Positions 8,290 to 16,075 of a stretch of 16,223 bases of DNA are shown here, piece after piece (the stretch's first letter is position 1; every line of letters starts with the position of its first letter). The notes below the pieces were generated by a model. The model ran no database searches. It was not told the origin of the DNA and saw only the letters and a list, made by a program, of their open reading frames with translations. Source of the DNA: Bdellovibrionota bacterium (GTDB lineage Bacteria > Bdellovibrionota_C > UBA2361 > CALJRW01); NCBI GenBank assembly GCA_041740355.1, contig JBGSMD010000042.1, positions 1 to 16,223 on the forward strand, written 5' to 3'. The position numbers were made by a program, and so were the translations under genes.

Positions 8290-9972
8290 ATGAGTCGCAA
8301 AAGTACAAAATTTATCTTTATTACTGGTGGTGTGGTTTCTTCGATTGGTAAAGGCTTATCCTCTGCTTGTCTGGGAGCTTTATTGAAAGCTCGTGGTCTT
8401 TCGGTAACAGCAATTAAACTAGATCCATATATTAACGTTGACCCGGGAACGATGAGTCCATTTCAACACGGAGAAGTCTTTGTTACTGACGACGGCGCTG
8501 AAACAGATTTAGATCTTGGTCACTATGAAAGATTCTTAGAAGTTCCACTTAGCAAAAAAAATAATTTCACTGCTGGTCAAGTTTATGAAACAGTTATTAG
8601 CAATGAAAGACAAGGTAAGTATTTAGGTCATACGGTTCAAGTTATTCCCCACATAACAGATGAGATTAAAAAAAGAATCTTCGAAGCTGCTAAAGGTTTT
8701 GATATCTGCCTCGTGGAGATTGGTGGAACGGTTGGAGATATTGAAAGCTTACCTTTCATTGAGGCAATTCGCCAAATGCGCTCTGAGCTTGGTTGGGAGA
8801 ACGTTACAAATATTCATGTCACTTTAGTACCATACATTAAAGCAGCTCAGGAATTTAAAACCAAACCAACACAACACTCAGTTAAAGAACTTACCGGATT
8901 TGGAATCCAACCAGATTTTGTACTTTGCAGATCCGAACAAAAACTTGACCCAGCAATTAAAGCAAAAATCAGTCTTTTTTGTAACGTTAAAGCCGATCAT
9001 GTGATTACCGCGCATGATGTTAATAATATATATGAACTACCATTAGTATTCCACGAGCAAGAATTTGATCAAAGAATTTTAGAAAGATTAAATATCTGGA
9101 CGGGAGAACCGAACCTTAGTCATTGGAAAAACATCCTAAAAACTTACACTAATCCTAAAAATGGACGAGTCCGGATTGCCATGATTGGTAAATATGTAGA
9201 ATTGGTAGAAAGCTACAAGAGTCTTAGTGAGTCCTTAACTCATGCGGCAATTGCAAATAACTGTAAGATTGAAATCACTTATGTTGATAGTGTTGAAATT
9301 GAAAATCTTGGAGCAGAAAATACAATTACAAAAAATGTTGATGCAATTCTAATTCCAGGTGGATTTGGTAATCGTGGGACTGAAGGTAAGATTGCAACAG
9401 TTCAGTATGCCCGTGAAAATAAAATTCCTTTCTTTGGAATTTGTTTAGGGTTGCAAATGGCCGTTATTGAATATGCGCGTAATATTTTAAAAATGCCCGA
9501 GGCGACAAGTCGCGAGTTTGATGAAACAACGAAGTTCCCTGTAATTGACTGGATGAATGATCAAAAAAACGTAGCAAATAAAGGTGCCACAATGCGTTTG
9601 GGTTCTTACCCTTGCAAACTATTACCTGATTCTCTTGCAGCACAGATCTACAAACAAGCATCGATCGATGAGCGTCATCGACATCGTTTTGAAGTCAACA
9701 ACAGTTATCGTGAAGCACTTTCAAATGCTGACCTAATTTTTTCAGGACTTTCACCAGATGAGCAATTAGTGGAAATAGTGGAGATTAAAGACCACCCTTG
9801 GTTTATTGGAGTTCAGTTTCACCCCGAATTTAAATCATCACCGAATAATCCTCATCCTTTGTTTAAAAGTTTTGTGGGAGCTGCGATTAAATATCGAGAC
9901 CTTCATACAGAAACTCGTAAGCCAATTGGGAAAAAAACAACGGCTTCAACTGAACAAATACAAATTAACTAG
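8290..9972 (+). CDS. pyrG: CTP synthase
   Basis: [35 protein letters not shown], GATase GICLGLQ, RHRHRFE and QFHPEF motifs. Confidence 0.99.
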   Translation: MSRKSTKFIFITGGVVSSIGKGLSSACLGALLKARGLSVTAIKLDPYINVDPGTMSPFQHGEVFVTDDGAETDLDLGHYERFLEVPLSKKNNFTAGQVYETVISNERQGKYLGHTVQVIPHITDEIKKRIFEAAKGFDICLVEIGGTVGDIESLPFIEAIRQMRSELGWENVTNIHVTLVPYIKAAQEFKTKPTQHSVKELTGFGIQPDFVLCRSEQKLDPAIKAKISLFCNVKADHVITAHDVNNIYELPLVFHEQEFDQRILERLNIWTGEPNLSHWKNILKTYTNPKNGRVRIAMIGKYVELVESYKSLSESLTHAAIANNCKIEITYVDSVEIENLGAENTITKNVDAILIPGGFGNRGTEGKIATVQYARENKIPFFGICLGLQMAVIEYARNILKMPEATSREFDETTKFPVIDWMNDQKNVANKGATMRLGSYPCKLLPDSLAAQIYKQASIDERHRHRFEVNNSYREALSNADLIFSGLSPDEQLVEIVEIKDHPWFIGVQFHPEFKSSPNNPHPLFKSFVGAAIKYRDLHTETRKPIGKKTTASTEQIQIN

Positions 9973-9980
9973 AATCTATA

Positions 9981-10805
9981 ATGATTAGCAAACTTGTAAA
10001 AATTAATAATCAATTCTCAATTGGGAACGATCAGCCCTTAACTATTATAGCGGGTCCCTGTCAAATTGAATCCGAGGAGCATTGTTTAATGATTGCCAGT
10101 AAAATTCAAGAAATTACGGCGATGTTCCCTGTTAATTTTGTATTTAAGGCATCTTACGACAAAGCCAATCGAACGAGCTTAAGTGGAAAACGTGGTGTGG
10201 GTATAGAATTTGGTTTGGAAATATTGGCTAAAATTAAAGCCAAATTAGATGTTCCCGTGATTAGCGATATCCACTTACCTGAACAAGCAAAAATTGCGGC
10301 TGAAGTTTTAGATATCTTACAAATTCCAGCATTTCTTTGTCGCCAAACTGATTTATTAATCGCAGCTGGTGAAACAGGTAAAGCAATTAATCTGAAGAAA
10401 GGTCAGTTCCTAGCTGCCGCTGACTTAAAATATGCTGTCGATAAAATTTCATCTGCCAGTGGTAATGATCAAGTTATGCTTTGTGAGCGCGGGACATCTT
10501 TTGGTTATCGTGATCTAATCGTTGATTTTCGTAATTTTCAAATTATGAAAGATTTAGGTTATCCGGTGGTATATGACGCTACACATAGTGTTCAGATTAT
10601 GGGTGGAGCTGAGGGTAAAAGCTCGGGTAATCGCCAATATGTCTTTAACCTTAGCGCCGCGGCGGTGGCCTTTGGAATTGATGCCCTCTTCCTAGAAGTT
10701 CATGACAATCCCGATCAGGCCCCATCCGATGGTCCTAACATGATTAACTTCACCCAGTTTGAAGATTTGCTGGCTCGCGTTACCAAGATTAGGGCGATTT
10801 CTTAA
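9981..10805 (+). CDS. kdsA: 3-deoxy-8-phosphooctulonate (KDO8P) synthase
   Basis: IAGPCQIES, KASYDKANRTS, QIPAFLCRQTDL, KKGQF, DATHSVQ and SDGPN motifs; canonical position after pyrG. Confidence 0.98.
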   Translation: MISKLVKINNQFSIGNDQPLTIIAGPCQIESEEHCLMIASKIQEITAMFPVNFVFKASYDKANRTSLSGKRGVGIEFGLEILAKIKAKLDVPVISDIHLPEQAKIAAEVLDILQIPAFLCRQTDLLIAAGETGKAINLKKGQFLAAADLKYAVDKISSASGNDQVMLCERGTSFGYRDLIVDFRNFQIMKDLGYPVVYDATHSVQIMGGAEGKSSGNRQYVFNLSAAAVAFGIDALFLEVHDNPDQAPSDGPNMINFTQFEDLLARVTKIRAIS

Positions 10806-11842
10806 TGTCGCTAGGATTATCACAGAAAAGGTTATCGCAAATCTTAGCCCTAGCCGTACTGACCTTATTTTTTTGGTTGGCAGTTAAACTTTTAGATCAA
10901 AAGAATGATTCTTTAAAACTAGAAATTCCGGTAGATGCCATCATTACACCGATCGAAGCTACAACTAACCAGGCAAAGTTAAAAGTAAAAGAGAAGGTTG
11001 CTCCAAATATTAGTTTACAAGATTTCAAAAGAAATTCTCAGAATAATGGGGAACTTCGTTGGGAATTAGAAGGTAAAACAATCGATTTATTTACAGATCA
11101 AGACCTGATTGAAATCGAACAGCCGCGGATTAAGTCATACCAAACAATTGATAACCCACTAAATATTAACTCGAAACAAGCCGTAGTCCTATTTAAAGAA
11201 AATGAAATCCAAGAAGCAGATCTCCAGAAATCAGTTTTCATTAAAAACAATACTTACGAAATCACATCAGAACAGGCAAAATTTAATAAACAACAAAATA
11301 TTATTACCTCTAACAAAGCAGTTAAAATAGTTAAGGATGGAAATATTATTAACGGGATTGGTCTTCATGCCAATCTCAGCACAGAAGTGTTTGACATCAA
11401 AGCGCAAGTTGACAGCATCCTACAAGATCAAGCAAAGAAGCGTGAGTTTAAAATTACTTCCGAGAAACTAGTTTTTGATAATTTAAATTTTGTATTTACT
11501 TATACTGGCAATGTAGTTGCCACTGATGGGATTTATCTAATTAAATCTAATAAATTAATTGGCAACATGAGTAAAACTCAAGAATTAGAAAAACTTTTTG
11601 CCAGTGGTAATGTGATCATCACCAAAGGTGCAGAACTTCGAACTTTCTCAGAAAAAGCGGATTTTGATTTCAAAAAGAATTTAATTGTCCTAACTGAAGA
11701 ACCAGAGCTAGAAAAAGATAATAGCCTACTAACGGCCGAAACAATTTACTACAATACGGAGACGGAGCAAAGTAATGCGGAAGGTGAAGTAAATGTTAAA
11801 GTATTAGATGAAAAAAGCATTGTCGCAGTCCCACAAAATTAA
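10805..11842 (+). CDS. LptC-LptA fusion (LPS transport periplasmic bridge)
   Basis: N-terminal TM anchor (aa ~12-29), LptC-like domain (aa ~68-206: LRWELEG, IEIEQPRI, ITSNKAVKI, INGIGLHANL), then LptA/OstA-like domain (aa ~214-335: ITSEKL, TYTGNVVA, FASGNVII, IVLTEEPEL). Lies between kdsA and lptB; stop/start overlap (TAATG) with kdsA. Confidence 0.82.
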   Translation: MSLGLSQKRLSQILALAVLTLFFWLAVKLLDQKNDSLKLEIPVDAIITPIEATTNQAKLKVKEKVAPNISLQDFKRNSQNNGELRWELEGKTIDLFTDQDLIEIEQPRIKSYQTIDNPLNINSKQAVVLFKENEIQEADLQKSVFIKNNTYEITSEQAKFNKQQNIITSNKAVKIVKDGNIINGIGLHANLSTEVFDIKAQVDSILQDQAKKREFKITSEKLVFDNLNFVFTYTGNVVATDGIYLIKSNKLIGNMSKTQELEKLFASGNVIITKGAELRTFSEKADFDFKKNLIVLTEEPELEKDNSLLTAETIYYNTETEQSNAEGEVNVKVLDEKSIVAVPQN

Positions 11843-12082
11843 GCATTTCATTCTGAGCCACTACTAGGGGACGTTTCAATCGCTTTGTGCTTATTTACTA
11901 GGCGAATATTTTAAAACTGGAATATTAAATGTCACCTAGTATCATTCTTTAAACTTACTTAAATTTCAATAAACAAAGTTCATTCACAGCTGATTTAGTT
12001 TAGCTACTTAAATATTCTATCTGGAACAAGCGTTCTAGAGATAAATTTTTTGCTTGATTAACTAGTCGAAGGGAGTAGATAG

Positions 12083-12250
12083 TAAAGTGAGTCCAAAAAA
12101 ATAAATTACTTTAAAAAACCAAGGATTTTCTTGGGCTCACTATTTATGTTGTTTTTAGTTATGCAAACTTGGGATTTATCTAAGATTTGCATTAGCCGTA
12201 ATGACTCTGTTTAATTTACTAACGTAAATTATTTTTTTGTCATTACTATA
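12083..12250 (+). mobile_element. MITE-like palindromic element, type 2, without insert
   Basis: TAAAGTGAGTCCAAAAAAATAAATTAC left end and GTAAATTATTTTTTTGTCATTACTATA right end. Three internal hairpins: AGTGAGTCCAA/TTGGGCTCACT, ATGCAAA-CTT/AAG-A-TTTGCAT, GTAATGAC/GTCATTAC. Confidence 0.8.
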
Positions 12251-12318
12251 TAATACCTACTAGTTAGCAACGTTTTTTTATAACCTTTACATCTTGCATA
12301 CTGTAAGATCCGAAAGTT

Positions 12319-12762
12319 GTGAATCTGCCGTCATCTTGCATTACTAGTCAATCTTACCCAGAAACTGTGCCACAAGAAAATACTAAACATTATAAAATTA
12401 TTCTTGCTGACGATCATCAGATTGTGAGAGAAATCACAGCTGAAATGCTAGAATGCTTGGGTCATGAGGTAATTACTTTTAATGATGGACAAGAAGTTGT
12501 TGATTATTATTTATATGGTAATCATGAAGTTGATTTGTTCATCTTAGATTTAGTAATGCCAAAAATGGGTGGCGTAGATTGTCTAAAAAAGCTTTTAGCT
12601 ATTAATTCAAAATTAAAATTTGTTATATGTTCTGGCTATCCCAATCACCAAGATCTTTCATTGATTTTAAAACACGGCATTAAATCCTTTTTACCAAAAC
12701 CTTATCAACTGTCAGACTTAAGAAGAGTTATTGATAATCTAACAATTCCAAACATCCATTAA
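12319..12762 (+). CDS. Single-domain response regulator (receiver domain)
   Basis: IILADD, DLFILDLVMPKMGG (phospho-Asp), CSGY and FLPKPY motifs. GTG start uncertain. Confidence 0.9.
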   Translation: MNLPSSCITSQSYPETVPQENTKHYKIILADDHQIVREITAEMLECLGHEVITFNDGQEVVDYYLYGNHEVDLFILDLVMPKMGGVDCLKKLLAINSKLKFVICSGYPNHQDLSLILKHGIKSFLPKPYQLSDLRRVIDNLTIPNIH

Positions 12763-12884
12763 TTTTACTTCCTTCCTAACTTAGGAAGATCTAAAATTGA
12801 AATCCAACTATATAGTTTTTTTTGGATTGCCACTGCTATTCTAAGCATAATGACTTTATCCTTAATTTGATCTACAAGTATTCT

Positions 12885-13628
12885 ATGAATCAACAGATCA
12901 TTCATAAGTTAAGTGCTAAAAAAGTAGTCAAAAGCTATAATGGCCGAAAAGTTGTTAACGAAGTTAGTATCAATATTAGCTCGGGCGAAATTGTGGGACT
13001 TCTTGGCCCAAATGGAGCTGGAAAAACAACTTCGTTCTATATGTGCGTTGGTCTGGTAGCACCCGATCGAGGAAGTATTGAGTTAGATGGCCAGGATATT
13101 ACAAAAAACCCAATGTATAAAAGAGCCCGTCAAGGCTTAGCCTACCTTCCTCAAGAGGCTTCAATTTTTCGCAAGCTTAGTGTCAGCGATAATATTTTAG
13201 CAATTTTAGAAAATTTAAAATTTCCTTCTAAGGCCGACCGAAAATTAAGATTAGAAGAGCTTCTGGAAGAACTAGGCGTTACTAAGTTGCGTAACAATTT
13301 AGCTAGCTCTCTATCTGGAGGTGAGCGTCGTCGAGTAGAGATTGCTAGAGCACTTGCTAGTAATCCTAAATTTGTTCTATTAGATGAGCCTTTTGCGGGA
13401 ATCGATCCAATCGCGATTAAGGATATCCAAGAAATTATTTATCATCTTAAAAGCAAAAACATTGGTGTTTTAATTACCGATCATAACGTGAGAGAAACTC
13501 TAGGCATTTGCGATCGATCTTATATTCTTGTTGATGGCCAAATTTTAGAAGAAGGCGATCCGCAAACTATCGCTAGCAGCGAAAAAGCTAGAAGATATTA
13601 CTTAGGTAATGATTTTTCACTTAATTAG
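12885..13628 (+). CDS. lptB: LPS export ABC transporter ATP-binding protein
   Basis: [46 protein letters not shown] and [10 protein letters not shown] motifs. Likely start is ATG 12885 rather than TTG 12822. Confidence 0.98.
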   Translation: MNQQIIHKLSAKKVVKSYNGRKVVNEVSINISSGEIVGLLGPNGAGKTTSFYMCVGLVAPDRGSIELDGQDITKNPMYKRARQGLAYLPQEASIFRKLSVSDNILAILENLKFPSKADRKLRLEELLEELGVTKLRNNLASSLSGGERRRVEIARALASNPKFVLLDEPFAGIDPIAIKDIQEIIYHLKSKNIGVLITDHNVRETLGICDRSYILVDGQILEEGDPQTIASSEKARRYYLGNDFSLN

Positions 13629-13800
13629 AGACCAGCTTTAAACCTATGCTTTTTGAGCAAAGCCATTTTTACAATTTGTAATTATTTGGAATAAATAAGG
13701 TTGCTAGTCGCAAAATGGCAAAGCCCTATATTAATTGTAGGTTTTAAGCATCTCTCAAGAGGCCGTAGCCCATCGGGCGTAGGTAGATTACAGGTCTCTT
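13627..13800 (+). ncRNA. Candidate structured RNA or repeat (long interrupted hairpin)
   Basis: Nested inverted repeats 13635-13646/13738-13749, 13662-13669/13712-13719 and 13682-13687/13693-13698, plus hairpin 13757-13800. Confidence 0.3.
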
Positions 13801-13866
13801 CTTAATAACTATAGGTAGAAAGACTAAGGATGTTAATATAACTTAAATAACTAACCCTGAATTAAA

Positions 13867-14133
13867 CTAAGAAATAGAGAGTATCCCCAAATCTTTAATT
13901 TTCCCAGATAAGAACTCTATTTGGTCTTCTTGCGCCATTTGCGAGTCAACAAAAATCATTTTTTCAGAATCAAGGCGACAAGTCCCACTCAAAACACGCC
14001 ATCCCGGGCCTGTTTTTAGCTTCTCCCGACGGACTATATAACCATTGGTTTTAGCTAGACTAACCAAATCTTGGTAAGCTTGCTCTTTTTTGGAGTCTTT
14101 TTTTAGCGGTTTAGATGTTTTTTTTACGGCCAC
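13867..14133 (-). CDS. Small hypothetical protein
   Basis: 88 aa ORF (GTG start) that fills the gap and has protein-like composition (GYIVRREKL..SGTCRL..MIFVDS). Function not recognised. Confidence 0.7.
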   Translation of the reverse strand: MAVKKTSKPLKKDSKKEQAYQDLVSLAKTNGYIVRREKLKTGPGWRVLSGTCRLDSEKMIFVDSQMAQEDQIEFLSGKIKDLGILSIS

Positions 14134-14190
14134 AACTTATAGTATTGAAAATTACATTCTAATTATAGTAAATTATTTAAGTCCTAGCAA

Positions 14191-14220
14191 TTGACTTTAA
14201 GCGTTAAAATAGGCTAATAT
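14191..14220 (+). promoter_or_regulatory. Putative sigma70 promoter of rplS
   Basis: TTGACT (14191-14196), 18 nt spacer, TAATAT (14215-14220), about 80 nt upstream of the rplS ATG. SD-like AAGAGGT at 14290-14296. Confidence 0.5.
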
Positions 14221-14299
14221 TTCACCCCTTAGCCTTCTGTATGATTGTATTTAGAATCCAGAGGCAATTGTTTAGAATAAGTCCAAGAAAAGAGGTCAT

Positions 14300-14740
14300 A
14301 TGTCCATTAGTAAAGTTGATATTGTCAAGAATGAACAATTAAAAGACAAAGTTCCTGATTTTAAAGCCGGTGATACATTAAAAGTTCACACTAAAATCCG
14401 TGAAGGTAACAAAGAACGTGTTCAGGTATTCCAAGGTATTGTGATTGCTTGCAAAGGTGGTCGTGGATCTCAAGGAACTTTCACTGTTAGAAAAATTTCT
14501 TACAACGTTGGTGTAGAAAAAACTTTCTTATTACACAGCCCACGTATTGAGAAAATTGAGATTGTTAGCCGTGGTGATGTACGCCGAGCTAAACTTTACT
14601 ACATCCGTGAACTTAAAGGTAAAGCTGCCAGAATTAAAACTAAGTATCACTCGACAAAAGAAGTTTTGGAAACAGAAGCAGATACTTATGAAGCAGAAGT
14701 TTCTAACACGGAAGCACAGTCTGGTGCTGCAGTAGCTTAA
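14300..14740 (+). CDS. rplS: 50S ribosomal protein L19
   Basis: [67 protein letters not shown]. Confidence 0.99.
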   Translation: MSISKVDIVKNEQLKDKVPDFKAGDTLKVHTKIREGNKERVQVFQGIVIACKGGRGSQGTFTVRKISYNVGVEKTFLLHSPRIEKIEIVSRGDVRRAKLYYIRELKGKAARIKTKYHSTKEVLETEADTYEAEVSNTEAQSGAAVA

Positions 14741-14749
14741 TTCTACGAC

Positions 14750-14793
14750 AAAACCGATTCTAAGAAAGCTATTTTCAAAGAATCGGTTTTTTT
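14750..14793 (+). terminator. Rho-independent terminator of rplS
   Basis: AAAACCGATTCT (14750-14761) pairs with AGAATCGGTTTT (14779-14790) and runs into a T-tract; begins 9 nt after the stop. Confidence 0.8.
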
Positions 14794-14951
14794 GTATCTA
14801 AATTTGGCCTTCATCCCTTTTCAAAATTTCAGTTTTACAAAACATCAAAAAAACGTAAAGTAGCCTTTAGGAGCTAGCAGATGATTTCCATACTGATTCA
14901 AATCATTACGTCAATTTGCATTGGATTTTCAATCCTCTACTTCTGTTAACA

Positions 14952-15329
14952 ATGCGTGCATATCTACTACTTCTCACAACCTGTATCCTAGTTTACGTGT
15001 TTAATAGCCTAGGATTAGTTTCCAGCTCTATCGGAAATAATTATTTTCTAAAAAATCATTTAAATGATTTACTCTGCATGCCAATTGCAATCCCCTTAAT
15101 GTTTGCTGCCTTTTACTACACAAAGTTACGACAAACCCCCTTTCCAAACTTAATAGAGCTAATGTTACATTTAATTATATGGAGTACTATTTTTGAAGTT
15201 ATTGGCCCCCAATTCTTAAATAAAGGGGTTGGCGATATTTATGATGTGATTTGTTATGTAATTGGAACCGGAGCAATAGCAGTGACTCTCGATCAAGAAT
15301 CTTTTAACACCAAAAAACAACTAGCGTAA
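14952..15329 (+). CDS. Small multi-pass membrane protein (VanZ-like DxxD motif), function unknown
   Basis: Likely start ATG 14952. Four hydrophobic segments; NHLNDLLCMP, IFEVIGP and GDIYDVICY motifs. Confidence 0.7.
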   Translation: MRAYLLLLTTCILVYVFNSLGLVSSSIGNNYFLKNHLNDLLCMPIAIPLMFAAFYYTKLRQTPFPNLIELMLHLIIWSTIFEVIGPQFLNKGVGDIYDVICYVIGTGAIAVTLDQESFNTKKQLA

Positions 15330-15333
15330 AATC

Positions 15334-15813
15334 CTAGTTCATTTGACAGCGACCTTCGAAGACTGCCCCATTTGCAAAAGATAAGTCCTTACAACAGATA
15401 TCAGCAGTTACTTTAGCCTGTGGATAGATAATAGTTTTGGTTGCAGTAACTCTCCCTTTCACTTCTCCAAAACTGAAAAAGCTTTGGCACTCAATAGTTC
15501 CATGCACTTGAGAACCAGGAGCTAAAATAATATCAGAAGTAGAAGTTAAACTTCCATGAAAAATACCTTCTAAACGAACAGGAACTTCATAGCTAAGAGC
15601 TCCCTCAAAAACAGCTCCTTTTGGGACAACGCTACGAATTTGAGAATAAGCTTCCTGATATAACAAGCCTGAATCAGCCTCACTAGGATATTGCTCACGA
15701 GAAACTTTGCGGACATCCTTTTTTGTTGACCACCACGAACCTTCAGACTTAAACGGTGCTTCAATAGGAGCAGCTGCAACGATATCTTTAGGTTTTTTCC
15801 AGAACATAAGCAT
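15334..15813 (-). CDS. Bactofilin (polymer-forming cytoskeletal protein)
   Basis: SVVPKGAVFEGAL..VRLEGIFHGSL..QVHGTI..GEVKGRVTA..KVTADI..GAVFEGRCQM beta-helix pattern. Real start probably ATG 15813 or 15807, because the longer ORF runs through hairpins. Confidence 0.9.
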   Translation of the reverse strand: MLMFWKKPKDIVAAAPIEAPFKSEGSWWSTKKDVRKVSREQYPSEADSGLLYQEAYSQIRSVVPKGAVFEGALSYEVPVRLEGIFHGSLTSTSDIILAPGSQVHGTIECQSFFSFGEVKGRVTATKTIIYPQAKVTADICCKDLSFANGAVFEGRCQMN

Positions 15814-15827
15814 ATATAATATATAAA

Positions 15828-16051
15828 CCCTCCGCAGATGAAATTTGCGGAGGGCGAGTGTAATCTTGGCTTTTTTATCAGACGAAGCTTTAGCGAAGTC
15901 TGAATCCAAGTTACACTGCAGAATACAAAACCAATAATCACCGCCGATTTGCGTCGGGTTTTGTTGTATTTGCTACGGCAAAACCCGCCTGCGACAGGAT
16001 TTTGCTCGTTCACCTTTCTTTTCATTTTTTCTCAAAAATGAAAAGCGGTGA
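15828..16051. repeat. Block of five consecutive stem-loops (candidate ncRNA or second repeat family)
   Basis: Stems at 15828-15854, 15857-15917, 15918-15973, 15978-16005 and 16010-16051; GC-richer than the flanks. Confidence 0.55.
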
Positions 16052-16075
16052 GTATAAACTTGAAAGAGCATTGTA

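Noticed and set aside
9464-9988. Short ORFs 9464-9661 (-) and 9806-9988 (+)
   Set aside because: They overlap pyrG in other frames and have no supporting features.
14547-14735. 62 aa alternative-frame ORF
   Set aside because: Lies entirely within rplS.
15570-16025. 151 aa minus-strand ORF and the N-terminal extension of bactofilin to 15909
   Set aside because: Both run through the hairpin block and lack protein-like motifs, and the 151 aa ORF overlaps bactofilin out of frame. ATG 15813/15807 is the more plausible bactofilin start.
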